NCBI GenBank assembly: GCA_944386975.1
Contig: CALXDC010000005.1
Coordinates: forward strand, 12,959-76,958
Origin: an uncultured Oscillospiraceae bacterium
Lineage (GTDB): Bacteria; Bacillota; Clostridia; Oscillospirales; Oscillospiraceae
Reading direction: 5' to 3'
Length of the DNA: 64,000 bases
The position numbers and the translations under genes were made by a program. The stretch's first letter is position 1, and every line of letters starts with the position of its first letter. The notes under the pieces are model-generated. The model saw only the letters and a list, made by a program, of their open reading frames with translations. It had not been told where the DNA came from and did not search any database. Positions 1 to 10,292 of this stretch are shown piece after piece.

Positions 1-143
1 AATACGGCAACACCTCCTCCGCCAGCATCCCCATCGCCTTGGACGAGATGCTGGAGAAGGGCGCCGCCCGTCCGGGGGACACCGCCATTCTGGTGGGCTT
101 CGGCGGCGGCTTGACCTGGGGCGGCTTGCTGCTGCAGCTTTAA
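1..143 (+). CDS. fabH: 3-oxoacyl-ACP synthase III (FabH), C-terminal end; 5' part lies outside the window
   Basis: Frame-3 translation [46 protein letters not shown] is the conserved FabH C-terminus. fabK starts 16 nt downstream. Confidence 0.85.
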   Translation, partial: YGNTSSASIPIALDEMLEKGAARPGDTAILVGFGGGLTWGGLLLQL

Positions 144-158
144 GGGAGGAAAGATACA

Positions 159-1106
159 ATGCGTCTTAACGAAATGCTGGGGATTGAGTTTCCCCTGATC
201 CAGGGCGGCATGGCCAACATCGCCACCGGCGAGTTCGCCGCCGCCGTGTCCAACGCCGGCGCGCTGGGCCTCATCGGCGGCGGCGGCATGAGCGCCGAGA
301 TGTTCCGCCAGCAGATCCAGCTGTGCCGGACTCTCACCGACAAGCCCTTCGGCGTGAACATCATGCTCATGCATCCCCAGGCCGGGGAGATGGCCAAGAT
401 CGCCGCCGAAGAGAAGGTTCAGGTGATTACCACCGGCGCGGGCAACCCCGGCGCCTACGTGGCCATGTGGAAAGAGGCGGGCTGCAAGGTGTTCCCCGTG
501 GTGCCCGCCGTGGCCCTGGCCAAGCGTCTGGCCGGGCAGGGCGTAGACGGCGTCATCGCCGAGGGCACCGAGTCCGGCGGCCATGTGGGCGAGATGACCA
601 CCATGGCCCTTGTCCCCCAGGTGGTGGACGCCATGGCGGAGTACAACCTCCCTGTCATCGCCGCCGGCGGCATTGCCGACGGCCGCCAGCTCACCGCCGC
701 CTTCGCGTTGGGCGCCGTGGGCGCCCAGGTGGGTACCTGCCTGTTGGGCAGCGTGGAGTGCCCCATCCATGACAACTACAAGGCTGCCATTCTGAAGGCC
801 AAGGACAGCGACACCATCGTCACCGGCCGCTTCGGCGGCACCCCCGTCCGGGTGCTGAAGAACAAGATGTCCCGGGAGTACGTCCGCCAGGAGAAGGCCG
901 GCGCCACCAAGGACGAGCTGGAGCACCTGACCCTGGGCGGCCTGCGCCGGGCCGTCTTTGACGGCGACACCGACACCGGCAGTGTCATGGCCGGTCAGGT
1001 GGCGGGCATGGTGAAGGAGATCCGTCCCCTGCGGGCCATCTTCGAGGAGATGATGGCCGGGGCCCAGGACTGCCTTTCCAAGCTGGAGAAGGAGAGCGGC
1101 AGATGA
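159..1106 (+). CDS. fabK: enoyl-ACP reductase II (FabK, FMN-dependent, NPD-like)
   Basis: 315 aa. N-terminus MRLNEMLGIEFPLIQGGMANIATGEFAAAVSNAGALG and the ESGGHVG motif are typical of FabK. GGAGG RBS. ATGA overlap with fabD. Confidence 0.9.
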   Translation: MRLNEMLGIEFPLIQGGMANIATGEFAAAVSNAGALGLIGGGGMSAEMFRQQIQLCRTLTDKPFGVNIMLMHPQAGEMAKIAAEEKVQVITTGAGNPGAYVAMWKEAGCKVFPVVPAVALAKRLAGQGVDGVIAEGTESGGHVGEMTTMALVPQVVDAMAEYNLPVIAAGGIADGRQLTAAFALGAVGAQVGTCLLGSVECPIHDNYKAAILKAKDSDTIVTGRFGGTPVRVLKNKMSREYVRQEKAGATKDELEHLTLGGLRRAVFDGDTDTGSVMAGQVAGMVKEIRPLRAIFEEMMAGAQDCLSKLEKESGR

Positions 1107-2041
1107 AGCTGGCCTTTTTATACGCCGGGCAGGGCAGCCAGAAGGTGGGCATGGGCAAGGACCTCTACGAGGCCTGCCCTGCCTTCCGACAGGTGCTGGA
1201 CAGTGCACCGGTGGATTTTGACCTGAAGAAGCTCTGCTTCGAGGGTCCCGAGGAGCAGCTGGGGGACACCCGGTACACCCAGCCCTGCATGGTGGCCTTC
1301 GCCGTGGGCGTCACCGCCCTCCTCCGGGAGAAGGGCATTGTCCCTGAGGCCGCCGCCGGGCTGTCTCTCGGCGAGTACTCCGCCCTCCAGGCCGCCGGGG
1401 TCTTTGCCCCGGAGCAGGCCATCGCCCTGGCCGCCTTCCGTGGCGCCGCCATGGCCGACGCCGTGGCGGGCCGTCCCTGCGGCATGGTCGCCGTTCTGGG
1501 TATGGAGCGGGAGCCCCTCCAGGCGTGCTGCGACGCCGTGAAGGAGCAGGGCGTCTGCGAGATCGCCAACTACAACTGCCCCGGCCAGCTGGTCATCGGC
1601 GGAGATCAGCAGGCGGTGGACGCCGCCGCCGCCCTGGCCAAGGAGAAGGGGGCCCGCCGCTGCGTGCCCCTGAAGGTCAGCGGCCCCTTCCACACCAGTT
1701 TGATGAAGCCCGCCGGAGACGCCCTCCGGGAGCGGTTCCAGTCCGAGCAATTCGGCGAGATGGCTTTCCCGGTGGTGTTCAACTGCCTGGGCCGGGCCAA
1801 GACGGCGGAGGAGACCGTGCCGGCGCTTCTGGAGCGGCAGGTCCAGTCCAGCGTCTACTTCGAGGATTCCATCCGGTGGCTGGAGCAGAACGGCTTCGAT
1901 ACCGTGGTGGAGATCGGGCCGGGGAAGGCCCTCAGCGCCTTTGTGAAGAAAACTGCCAAGAGCATCCGGATCCTCAACGTGGAGGATCTGGCCTCTCTGG
2001 AGGCCACGGTGGAGGCTCTGAAAGGAGATACCCATGAGTGA
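1103..2041 (+). CDS. fabD: malonyl-CoA:ACP transacylase
   Basis: 312 aa. FLYAGQGSQKVGMG and the GLSLGEYSAL active-site serine motif. Overlaps both neighbours. Confidence 0.93.
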   Translation: MKLAFLYAGQGSQKVGMGKDLYEACPAFRQVLDSAPVDFDLKKLCFEGPEEQLGDTRYTQPCMVAFAVGVTALLREKGIVPEAAAGLSLGEYSALQAAGVFAPEQAIALAAFRGAAMADAVAGRPCGMVAVLGMEREPLQACCDAVKEQGVCEIANYNCPGQLVIGGDQQAVDAAAALAKEKGARRCVPLKVSGPFHTSLMKPAGDALRERFQSEQFGEMAFPVVFNCLGRAKTAEETVPALLERQVQSSVYFEDSIRWLEQNGFDTVVEIGPGKALSAFVKKTAKSIRILNVEDLASLEATVEALKGDTHE

Positions 2042-2777
2042 GACCAAGCGGGCCGCCATTGTCACCGGCGGCAGCCGGGGCATCGGACGGGCCGTGTGCC
2101 TGGCCCTGGCGGAGCAGGGGGTCAACGTGGTGGTGAACTACGCCGGCAGCGCCGCTGCCGCCGAGGAGACCGCCGCCCTCTGCCGGGAGAAGGGCGTGGA
2201 GGCCATTGCCGTTCAGGCAAGCGTGGCCGACGCCGCTCAGGTGGACGCCCTTTTTGAGAAGGCCGTGGAGGCCTTCGGCCGGGTGGACATCCTGGTGAAC
2301 AACGCAGGCATCACCAAGGACAACCTCATCGTCCGCATCAGCGAGGAGGACTTCGACGCGGTGATCGACACCAATCTGAAGGGGGCTTTCCTCTGCTGCA
2401 AGAAGGCGGCCCGCCTGATGATGCGCCAGAAGTGGGGACGGATCGTCAACGTCTCCAGCGTGGTGGCCCTCCGGGGCAACCCCGGTCAGGCCAACTACTG
2501 CGCCAGCAAGGCCGGCGTCATCGGCCTGACCAAGAGTCTCGCCAAGGAGCTCAGCAGCCGCCACATCACCGTCAACGCCGTGGCCCCCGGCTTCATCGAC
2601 ACCGATATGACCCGGGTGCTGTCGGAGAACGCACGCACCGCCATTTTGACTCAGGTGCCCCTGGGTACCTTCGGCCAGCCGGAGGACGTGGCCCGTACCG
2701 TGGCCTTCTTCGCCTCGGAGAACGCCGGTTACATCACCGGCCAGGTGCTGTGCGTGGACGGCGGCATGGCCATGTAA
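2034..2777 (+). CDS. fabG: 3-oxoacyl-ACP reductase (SDR)
   Basis: 247 aa. TGGSRGIGRA cofactor motif, NNAG, YCASKAG catalytic motif. Position within the fab operon. Confidence 0.92.
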   Translation: MSETKRAAIVTGGSRGIGRAVCLALAEQGVNVVVNYAGSAAAAEETAALCREKGVEAIAVQASVADAAQVDALFEKAVEAFGRVDILVNNAGITKDNLIVRISEEDFDAVIDTNLKGAFLCCKKAARLMMRQKWGRIVNVSSVVALRGNPGQANYCASKAGVIGLTKSLAKELSSRHITVNAVAPGFIDTDMTRVLSENARTAILTQVPLGTFGQPEDVARTVAFFASENAGYITGQVLCVDGGMAM

Positions 2778-2789
2778 AGGAGAGAGCAC

Positions 2790-4031
2790 ATGGATAGAAG
2801 AAGAGTGGTAATTACCGGCATGGGGGCCGTGACCCCCGTGGGCAATACCGTGGAGGACAGCTGGCAGGCCATCCGCCAGGGCATCTGCGGCATTGCCCCC
2901 ATCACCGCCTACGACACCTCCGCCCAGAAGGTAAAGCTGGCCGGTGAGGTGAAGAATTTCGACCCCACCCCCTACATCGACAAGCGGGAGCTGCGGCATT
3001 TGGACCGCTTCTCCCAGCTGGCCCTGGTGGCCGCCCTCCAGGCCTATGAGCAGAGCGGCCTCAACATGGACAGCGAGGACGCGGGCCGCTGCGGCGTGTT
3101 CTTCGGCAGCGGCATCGGCGGCTTCCAGACCCTCCGCAGCGAGTGCCTCAAGGGAGCGGAAAAGGGCTACGACCGGGTGTCCCCCTACTTTATCCCCATG
3201 GTCATCGGCAATATGGCCGCCGGTCATATCGCCATCCGTCTCGGGTTCAAGGGCACCTGCACCTGTCCCGTCACCGCCTGCGCCTCCGGCGCCTACGCCG
3301 TGGGCGACGCCTTCCGGTACGTCCGGGACGGCTACGGCGAGGTGGCCATGTGCGGCGGCGCCGAGGCGGCGGTGGACCCTCTGGCCATCGGCGGCTTCAC
3401 CAGCCTGCGGGCGGTGACCACCACCGACGACCCCAATCGGGCCTCCATTCCCTTTGACGCCGAGCGCTCCGGCTTTGTGCTGGGCGAGGGCTCCGGCGCT
3501 CTGCTGCTGGAGAGCTACGATCACGCTGTGGCCCGTGGGGCCAGAATCCTGGGCGAGATTGTGGGCTACGGCGCCTCCTGCGACGCCTACCACATCACCG
3601 CCCCCACCCCCGGCGGAGAGGGCCCCGCGGCGGCCATGACCAATGCCCTGAAGGACGCCGGCATTGCCCCGGAGGAGGTGGGCTACATCAACGCCCACGG
3701 TACCTCCACCCCCATGAACGATTCCGGCGAGACCAAGGCGGTGAAGCTGGCCTTCGGCGACCATGCCTATCACCTGGCCATCAGCTCCACCAAGTCCATG
3801 ACCGGCCATCTGCTGGGGGCCGCCGGGGCCATTGAGGCAGTGTTCTGCGCCAAGGCTCTGGCCGACGGCTACCTGCCCGCCACCATCCACCACCAGGTGA
3901 AGGACCCCGAGTGCGATCTGGACGTGGTGCCCAACGAGGGCCGCCAGGCGGACATCCGCTATGCCATGAGCAATTCCCTGGGCTTCGGCGGCCACAACGC
4001 CAGTTTGATTTTGAAGAAGTGGGAGGACTGA
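2790..4031 (+). CDS. fabF: 3-oxoacyl-ACP synthase II
   Basis: 413 aa. VVITGMGAVTPVGN start, ACASG active-site Cys, HGTSTP and GHLLGAAG motifs. Confidence 0.93.
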   Translation: MDRRRVVITGMGAVTPVGNTVEDSWQAIRQGICGIAPITAYDTSAQKVKLAGEVKNFDPTPYIDKRELRHLDRFSQLALVAALQAYEQSGLNMDSEDAGRCGVFFGSGIGGFQTLRSECLKGAEKGYDRVSPYFIPMVIGNMAAGHIAIRLGFKGTCTCPVTACASGAYAVGDAFRYVRDGYGEVAMCGGAEAAVDPLAIGGFTSLRAVTTTDDPNRASIPFDAERSGFVLGEGSGALLLESYDHAVARGARILGEIVGYGASCDAYHITAPTPGGEGPAAAMTNALKDAGIAPEEVGYINAHGTSTPMNDSGETKAVKLAFGDHAYHLAISSTKSMTGHLLGAAGAIEAVFCAKALADGYLPATIHHQVKDPECDLDVVPNEGRQADIRYAMSNSLGFGGHNASLILKKWED

Positions 4032-4034
4032 ACC

Positions 4035-4460
4035 ATGGAGCTTGACGCCAATCAGATTCAGGAGATCCTGCCTCACCGCTACCCCTTTTTGCTGGTGGAC
4101 CGGATCACAAGCTACGAGCCGGGCAAAATGGCGGAGGGCCGCAAGTGCGTCACCGTCAACGAGCCCTTCTTCTGCGGCCATTTCCCCCAGTACCATGTGA
4201 TGCCCGGCGTGCTGATCCTGGAGGCCCTGGCCCAGGTAGGTGCGGTGGCCATCCTCAGCGAGGAGGAGAACCGGGGAAAGATCGCCCTGTTCGGCGGGGT
4301 GAAGAACGCCCGGTTCAAGCGGCAGGTCCGTCCCGGGGACGTGCTGGAGCTGCGCTGTGAGCTGACCAACCGCCGGGGTCCCGTAGGCTTCGGCGTGGCG
4401 GAGGCCAAGGTGGACGGCCAGCTGGCCTGCCGGGCCGAGCTGACCTTTGCTATCCAGTAA
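4035..4460 (+). CDS. fabZ: 3-hydroxyacyl-ACP dehydratase
   Basis: 141 aa. [14 protein letters not shown] and [16 protein letters not shown] hotdog-fold motifs. Confidence 0.93.
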   Translation: MELDANQIQEILPHRYPFLLVDRITSYEPGKMAEGRKCVTVNEPFFCGHFPQYHVMPGVLILEALAQVGAVAILSEEENRGKIALFGGVKNARFKRQVRPGDVLELRCELTNRRGPVGFGVAEAKVDGQLACRAELTFAIQ

Positions 4461-4533
4461 CGCAGCCCGGACCGTTTTTCCGCATCGGGAGCGGACCAGT
4501 CGCCGGAGGGAAGAGAACAGGAGACTATTTTCC

Positions 4534-5013
4534 ATGCTGGAGAAGGAATTTTCAAGCGTGTATACCAAATTCAAGCTGCACTTCTATCAAAAGGTGTTCA
4601 GCCGCATCCAGGACCGGGAGGCCAGCCTCACCACGGTGGAGACCTTCTGCATGGAGATCATCCACGCCCTGGGGAAGCCCACCATCAATGAATTTGCCAG
4701 CTTCGTCAATATCTCTCCACCCAATGCCGCCTATAAGGTGAACAGCCTGGTGAAGAAGGGGTATCTGATTCGGGAGCAGTCTGACGATGACAAGCGGGAG
4801 TACCACCTGTGCGTGACACAGAAGTACCGGGACTACTACAACATCAGCTATCAGTATCTGGCCACGGTGATGCACCGCATTGAGGAGCGGTTTCCCCCTG
4901 AGGAGGTAGCCCAGTTGGAGCAGATTCTCCACGTGATCTCCCGGGAGCTGATGCCGGAGATCCCCATCCGGGAGCCGGGCGAGGTGCTGCCGGATCAGGA
5001 GCGTCCCTCGTAA
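4534..5013 (+). CDS. MarR-family transcriptional regulator, FabT-like by context
   Basis: The track ORF starts at a TTG at 4447. The ATG at 4534 has an AGGAG RBS about 10 nt upstream. Winged-helix segment INEFASFVNISPPNAAYKVNSLVKKGYLIREQSDDDKREYHL. Last gene of the fab operon. Confidence 0.7.
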   Translation: MLEKEFSSVYTKFKLHFYQKVFSRIQDREASLTTVETFCMEIIHALGKPTINEFASFVNISPPNAAYKVNSLVKKGYLIREQSDDDKREYHLCVTQKYRDYYNISYQYLATVMHRIEERFPPEEVAQLEQILHVISRELMPEIPIREPGEVLPDQERPS

Positions 5014-5035
5014 GGCGCCCCAAAACAGGACAACA

Positions 5036-5074
5036 GGCCCCGGAGGACAACGGCGTCCTCCGGGGCCCTTTTGT
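5036..5074 (+). terminator. intrinsic terminator of the fab operon
   Basis: 13-bp GC stem ggccccggaggac/gtcctccggggcc followed by cttttgt. Confidence 0.8.
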
Positions 5075-5283
5075 CTGCCGCAGTGCGTGGAGAAGACTGA
5101 CGCCTGGCGCGCTTTATTTGGTTCCCCGCAGGGACCCTTCCTTTTTGGAAGCAGGTATGGTATAATAACAAAATATGACAAAGCACTGCAAATATTACCT
5201 GACCCGCCCCCTCTTTCTTTTTGATAAAAAACGTGTTATAATGGCCCAAAAAAGAGGGAAATGGTGATAAAAGGAGTGAAAAA

Positions 5284-6441
5284 ATGCCAAGGATCCTGTT
5301 TACCGCATCCACCTGCTCCCATATTCTCCAATTTCATCGGCCCTATCTGGCCGCCTTCCGGGACCTTGGCTGGACGGTGGATGTGGCCTGCGGCAGTCCG
5401 GCCGGAGACATTCCCGAGGCCTGCCGGACGGTGGAGATTCCCTTTGAAAAGCAAATGTTTTCCCTCCGCAACGGTGCGGCTCTGGTAAAGCTGCGGCGGC
5501 TGATGGCGGCGTCCTGCTATGATGTAGTCAGTTGTCACACCTCGCTGGCCTCCTTTTTCACCCGGATGGCCGTGGTGGGGCTGCCCAGGCGGCCCAAGGT
5601 GGTCTGTACTGCCCACGGCTACCTTTTCGGGGAGGAGAATCCCGCTGCCAAAGGGGTCCTTTTGGCAGCGGCGGAGAAGATGTGCGCCCCGGTGACCGAC
5701 CTGCTGATGACCATGAACGGATGGGATACCCGCTACGCCGTAGACCACAAGCTGGGCAGGCGGATTGCGGAGATTCCGGGAATCGGCCTGGACGCCCACC
5801 GGCTGGACGCCGCCGGCGGGGAAACCCGGGAGGCGGTGCGGCAGTCCCTCGGTGTCGGGGCGGAGGATGTTCTTCTCCTCTACGCTGCAGAGTTCTCCCA
5901 GCGCAAGAGCCAGCAGGTGCTGGTGCGGGCCATGACGCTGCTTCCCCACCGGGTGAAGCTGGCTCTTCCCGGGCAGGGCGCCCTGTGGGAGGAGACCATG
6001 GCCCTGGCCAAGTCGTTGGGGCTGGAGGACCGGGTGTTCTTCCCCGGCCAGGTGAGCCGGATCTGGGAGTGGTTCGGCGCGGCGGACATTGCCGTGTCCG
6101 CCAGCCGCAGCGAGGGGCTGCCCTTCAATCTGATGGAGGCTATGTATTGCGGCCTGCCCGTGGTGGCCAGCCGGGTGAAGGGTCACACCGACCTGCTGGA
6201 CCGGTCCGGCGCCGGGCTTCTCTATCCTTATGGTGACTGGCGGGCCTGTGCAGAGCAGGTCCAGCGTCTGATTTTGAACCCCGGGGAGAAGGGGAAGATG
6301 GGCCGGCGGGGCAGGGAGGCCGTGAGACCCTACTGCCTGGACAGTGTGCTGCCCCAGGTGATGGCCCAATATGCGGCCCTGATTCCTCTGGGCGGAGACA
6401 TCTCTCAGGCATCCCAATCAGACAGGAGAAGCGAGCTATGA
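5284..6441 (+). CDS. glycosyltransferase (GT4/GT1-type)
   Basis: 385 aa. C-terminal half has the E(x7)E-type region SEGLPFNLMEAMYCGLPVVAS. Stop overlaps the next gene's start. Confidence 0.8.
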   Translation: MPRILFTASTCSHILQFHRPYLAAFRDLGWTVDVACGSPAGDIPEACRTVEIPFEKQMFSLRNGAALVKLRRLMAASCYDVVSCHTSLASFFTRMAVVGLPRRPKVVCTAHGYLFGEENPAAKGVLLAAAEKMCAPVTDLLMTMNGWDTRYAVDHKLGRRIAEIPGIGLDAHRLDAAGGETREAVRQSLGVGAEDVLLLYAAEFSQRKSQQVLVRAMTLLPHRVKLALPGQGALWEETMALAKSLGLEDRVFFPGQVSRIWEWFGAADIAVSASRSEGLPFNLMEAMYCGLPVVASRVKGHTDLLDRSGAGLLYPYGDWRACAEQVQRLILNPGEKGKMGRRGREAVRPYCLDSVLPQVMAQYAALIPLGGDISQASQSDRRSEL

Positions 6442-7865
6442 TCAAAGAAAACCAACGCACTCTTAATGTCGTGAATGTCCTGCTGGACGCGGTCATTCTC
6501 CTGGCGGCCATGCCGGTAGCCTTCTGGATCCGTTTTTTTTGGCTGGAAAACGGTGTGATTTCCGTGCCGCTGGAGCACTATTTCCTGTTGCTGGTTTTTC
6601 TGATTCCGGTGCACCTGGTGGTGTTCGCCACCATGGGACTCTATGAATCTCTTCGAAAAAAGCGGTTATACTGGGAGATTGCCCGGGTGTTCTGGGGGTG
6701 TACCCTGAATTTCATCCTGGTGCAGATGGCCCTCTTCCTCTACAAGCAGGTGAACTTTTCCCGGGCTGTTCTGGTGCTCTTTTTCCTTCTCTCCTTCCTG
6801 GGGATGTGTGCCAAGCGGGTTTGTCTGCGCCTGATTTTGCGCCACTTCCGGCAGAAGGGCTTCAACCAGAAGCACGTGCTGCTGGTGGGGGACAGCCATA
6901 TGGCCCTGCGGTACGCCCAGGTGGTGCGCCGCCAGCGGGCGTACGGCTATGAGATCGACGGGTATCTGGCGGAGCACGACTCCATCTCCGGCATTCCCTA
7001 CCTGGGGACGGTGGAGGCCCTGGACCGGGTGCTGGAGCGCAGGTATCTGGATGAGGTGGTGGCCGCTCTCCCGGCGGAGGAGTTCCGCTTTACCCAGAGA
7101 ATTATTGAAGCCTGTGAGAAAAACGGCGTGAAGCTGTCCATTATTCCCTTCTACGCCGAGTACATCCCCTCCAATCCTCAGTTTGACAACATCGAGGGGA
7201 TCCCCCTGATGAACATCCGGCACATCCCCCTGGACAACTGGGTCCACGGGGCGGCCAAACGGACCTTCGATATTGTGGGGTCACTGGTGCTGCTGGTATG
7301 CACCTCCCCTATTATGCTGTTTGCCGCTATAGGCGTGCGGCTGTCCTCTCCGGGACCGGTGATTTTCCGGCAGGAGCGGGTGGGACGGAACAAGAAGCTT
7401 TTTACCATGTACAAGTTCCGGTCTATGAGGGTCAACGCGGACCAGGCAACCGCCTGGAGCCGGAATGTGGACCCCAGAAAGACAAAATTCGGGGCTTTTC
7501 TCCGCAAGTGCTCCATTGACGAGCTGCCCCAGCTGTTCAATGTGCTGCGGGGGGACATGAGTCTGGTGGGACCGCGTCCGGAGCTGCCTCACTTTGTCCA
7601 GCAGTTCAAGGAGGAAATCCCCCTCTACATGGTCAAGCATCAGGTCCGACCGGGCATTACCGGCTGGGCCCAGGTCAACGGCCTGCGGGGCGACACCTCC
7701 ATCGAGGAGCGTATTCGCTACGACATCTATTACATCGAAAATTGGAATTTCTTTTTTGATCTCAAGATTCTGCTGATGACGCTTACCCGTGGTATCATCA
7801 ATCAGGAGCAGCTGGGGCAGAAGGGCGCCGGAGCGGAGGAGAAGACCGTCGGCGTGCCGCGATAA
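6438..7865 (+). CDS. undecaprenyl-phosphate sugar phosphotransferase (WbaP/EpsE-like priming transferase)
   Basis: 475 aa. N-terminal TM helices. C-terminal bacterial sugar transferase signature KFRSMR...DELPQLFNVLRGDMSLVGPRP...YIENWNFFFDLKIL. Confidence 0.9.
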   Translation: MIKENQRTLNVVNVLLDAVILLAAMPVAFWIRFFWLENGVISVPLEHYFLLLVFLIPVHLVVFATMGLYESLRKKRLYWEIARVFWGCTLNFILVQMALFLYKQVNFSRAVLVLFFLLSFLGMCAKRVCLRLILRHFRQKGFNQKHVLLVGDSHMALRYAQVVRRQRAYGYEIDGYLAEHDSISGIPYLGTVEALDRVLERRYLDEVVAALPAEEFRFTQRIIEACEKNGVKLSIIPFYAEYIPSNPQFDNIEGIPLMNIRHIPLDNWVHGAAKRTFDIVGSLVLLVCTSPIMLFAAIGVRLSSPGPVIFRQERVGRNKKLFTMYKFRSMRVNADQATAWSRNVDPRKTKFGAFLRKCSIDELPQLFNVLRGDMSLVGPRPELPHFVQQFKEEIPLYMVKHQVRPGITGWAQVNGLRGDTSIEERIRYDIYYIENWNFFFDLKILLMTLTRGIINQEQLGQKGAGAEEKTVGVPR

Positions 7866-7908
7866 ACCTTGGGCCGGAATCGGTCTATCACATGTTGGGA
7901 GGAACACT

Positions 7909-10272
7909 ATGGCAAGGCATAAAACAGGCAGAGGCGTCCTCGCCGGAGGACGCGGCAGAGAAACGTGGAAGGCGGCGGGGCTGACGGCGGCGTTTTTCCT
8001 GCTGATCTGTCTTTGCAGCAACTCCACTGCGAAATGGGTCGCGCTGCTGGTGACTTTGTGCGCCGCCGCCGCACTGCTGCTCCGGCAGGAGCAGGTCCGG
8101 GAGCGGCTCACCATCCCCTTTGCAGCGCTGAGTCTGTGGGTGGTGGCCAACGGCGTCTCCACCCTGTACGCCATCTCCGGAAAATTTGCCCTGACAGCCT
8201 TTGTGGTGATGCTGGCCTCCTTCGGGGTGGTGGTATTGCTGCTGGCTCTCGCCAATGGGAAGGGCAAGGAAGCGGGACGTGGCTTCGCCACCGTACTGGA
8301 GGGCGCCGCTGCTGTGGCGGGCCTGGTGAGCATCGACCTGCTCTCCACCCGCTTCATCAGCACCCCGGTGCTGTGGATCCTGGAGCGATTCACCCCGGAT
8401 TACACCGTGCTGACCCCGGTGGAAGCGGGCATCCGCATGAATTCCATGTTTACAAACCCCAACGTCTTTGCCGGGTGCATGGGCATCGGGGTCTTCCTTT
8501 CCCTGGGACTGGCCCGCTCCACAGAGCGGGCCGGGCACCGGTACTACCACCTGGTCTGCCTCTATATCAACGCCCTGGCCTTTGTCCTGGCCTTCAGTAT
8601 GGGCGGCAGCGGCACCATCGCCCTGGGTTTTCTGGTCTACCTGCTGCTGGAGCGCAAGCAGCGTCGGGGCGGCCTGCTGGTGCTGATGGTGGAGACTCTG
8701 GTGCTCACCGGTGCGGCGGGCTTCCTGGTATCCGCCACCTCCCTGGAGGAGTGGACGGGTTTCCGGCCCGTGCCCCTGTTGTGCGTGGTTCTGGGCGCCG
8801 CGGCGCTGTGCGCCGCCGACCGGTTTGCCGGTCAGCGGCTGGGGAAGGTGTTGGAGCAGCGGACCCGGGTGGTGCCCATCCTGGTGGGCACGGTGATTGT
8901 GGTGATCGGCGGCTTTGCGGTGGTGGCCATGCAGCTGACCGGTCCCGCCGCCCTTGGCGACGGGGAGACCCTCCGCCGGGCGGTCTATCCCGAGGCCGGA
9001 ACCTACACCCTCTCGGTGACGGGAACGGGGACGGTAAACGTCACCCTGGAGAGCCAGAACCGGGAGGACACCATGATGCATACCAGCACGGTGCTCTACT
9101 CCGGTCCGGCGGACGGCGCGTCCGTGACGGTGCCGGAGGACAGCCTGGTGGTCTATGCCAACTTCTCCGCCCAGGGGGACGCGGTGCTGGAGACGGCGGT
9201 ACTGGAGGGGGAGAGCGGTACGGTCAGCTTCCCTCTGGGCTACACCCTGCTGCCCAGCTTCATCGCCAACCGTATGCAGGGTCTCTGGGCCAACCAGAAC
9301 GCCATCCAGCGCGTGGTGTTTTTTGAGGACGGCCTGAAGCTCTTTCGCCGCAGCCCCGTGGTGGGTCTCGGCATCGGCGCCTATCAAAACGGCATCATCA
9401 GCGTCCAGTCCTTCTTCTACGAGACCAAATATGCTCATAACCACTATATTGAGACCCTGGTGGAAACCGGCGTGGTGGGTCTGATCCTCTTCCTGGGCGT
9501 GTTGGTGACGGCCTTCTGGGCGGTAATCCGCTCCCGCCGCCTGGAGGAGGAGCAATCCCACCCCCTGACGGCGGCCCTGGGAGGCGCCCTCATCTTCATG
9601 GCGGGCCACGGGGCGGTGGAGGTGGTGTTCTCCTCCTATCCCTACCTGCCTCTGGCCTTTGGCGTGTTCGGCCTCATCTCCCTGTGCTGCGGGCAGACCA
9701 TGCCTCTGGCCGGAGTGAAGTCCCAGGTGCGCCGGTGGACCGTGTGGGTGCTGGCGGCGCTTCTGGCGGTGTACGCCGTGCTGATCGGCTGCAATCTCTA
9801 TGCCCGGTCCCTGGTGGATCGGGAGAAGAGCTTTTCGGCTTTGGAGCGGGCGATTTCTCTGGACCGCTTTGAGTGGGCCGACTATATGCTCTCCTATGTG
9901 ATCAGCAGCCTGGACATGGAGGAGAGCGAGACCCAGATCCATCAGAAGGCGGAGGACTACGCCCAGCGGCTGGCGGAGGTGGACTCCAATACCGTGCCCC
10001 TCTATCTGGCCCAGTACTACTTCGGTCGGGAGGATCCCGCCCAGGGTTTTGTCATGCTGAACAAGTATGTGGACTATGTCGTTGCGGATCCGGAGACCTG
10101 GGAGAACGCCTTTGCACTGGTTCTGTCGTACTATCAGGAGACGGCGGAGTATCGCGATGGCGTTGAGGCGCTCTATCAGAAGATGACGGCTTGGAGTGAG
10201 GAGAATATGGGCAGCATCGCCTTGTCGGAGAACACCATGCGTCAATTGACGGCGCTGGGGATTATCGCGTAG
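7909..10272 (+). CDS. O-antigen ligase/polymerase-family (Wzy_C) polytopic membrane protein
   Basis: ATG at 7909 follows GGGAGGAA; the track start at 7789 overlaps the previous gene. Many TM helices. The motif HNHYIETLVETGVVGL is typical of the O-antigen ligase family. Confidence 0.75.
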   Translation: MARHKTGRGVLAGGRGRETWKAAGLTAAFFLLICLCSNSTAKWVALLVTLCAAAALLLRQEQVRERLTIPFAALSLWVVANGVSTLYAISGKFALTAFVVMLASFGVVVLLLALANGKGKEAGRGFATVLEGAAAVAGLVSIDLLSTRFISTPVLWILERFTPDYTVLTPVEAGIRMNSMFTNPNVFAGCMGIGVFLSLGLARSTERAGHRYYHLVCLYINALAFVLAFSMGGSGTIALGFLVYLLLERKQRRGGLLVLMVETLVLTGAAGFLVSATSLEEWTGFRPVPLLCVVLGAAALCAADRFAGQRLGKVLEQRTRVVPILVGTVIVVIGGFAVVAMQLTGPAALGDGETLRRAVYPEAGTYTLSVTGTGTVNVTLESQNREDTMMHTSTVLYSGPADGASVTVPEDSLVVYANFSAQGDAVLETAVLEGESGTVSFPLGYTLLPSFIANRMQGLWANQNAIQRVVFFEDGLKLFRRSPVVGLGIGAYQNGIISVQSFFYETKYAHNHYIETLVETGVVGLILFLGVLVTAFWAVIRSRRLEEEQSHPLTAALGGALIFMAGHGAVEVVFSSYPYLPLAFGVFGLISLCCGQTMPLAGVKSQVRRWTVWVLAALLAVYAVLIGCNLYARSLVDREKSFSALERAISLDRFEWADYMLSYVISSLDMEESETQIHQKAEDYAQRLAEVDSNTVPLYLAQYYFGREDPAQGFVMLNKYVDYVVADPETWENAFALVLSYYQETAEYRDGVEALYQKMTAWSEENMGSIALSENTMRQLTALGIIA

Positions 10273-10292
10273 GGCTGCTGCGGGAAATGAGA

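Noticed and set aside
1974-4574. 866-aa minus-strand ORF spanning fabD-fabG-fabF-fabZ
   Set aside because: Antisense shadow ORF in GC-rich DNA. It has a Gly/Ala/His/Pro/Arg-rich low-complexity translation and lies opposite four genes with clear family motifs.
5221-5242. TTGATA ... TATAAT as a complete -35/-10 promoter for the glycosyltransferase gene
   Set aside because: The spacer is only 10 nt, so the TTGATA cannot be the -35. TGTTATAAT may still work as an extended -10 box, but this is too uncertain to list as a feature.
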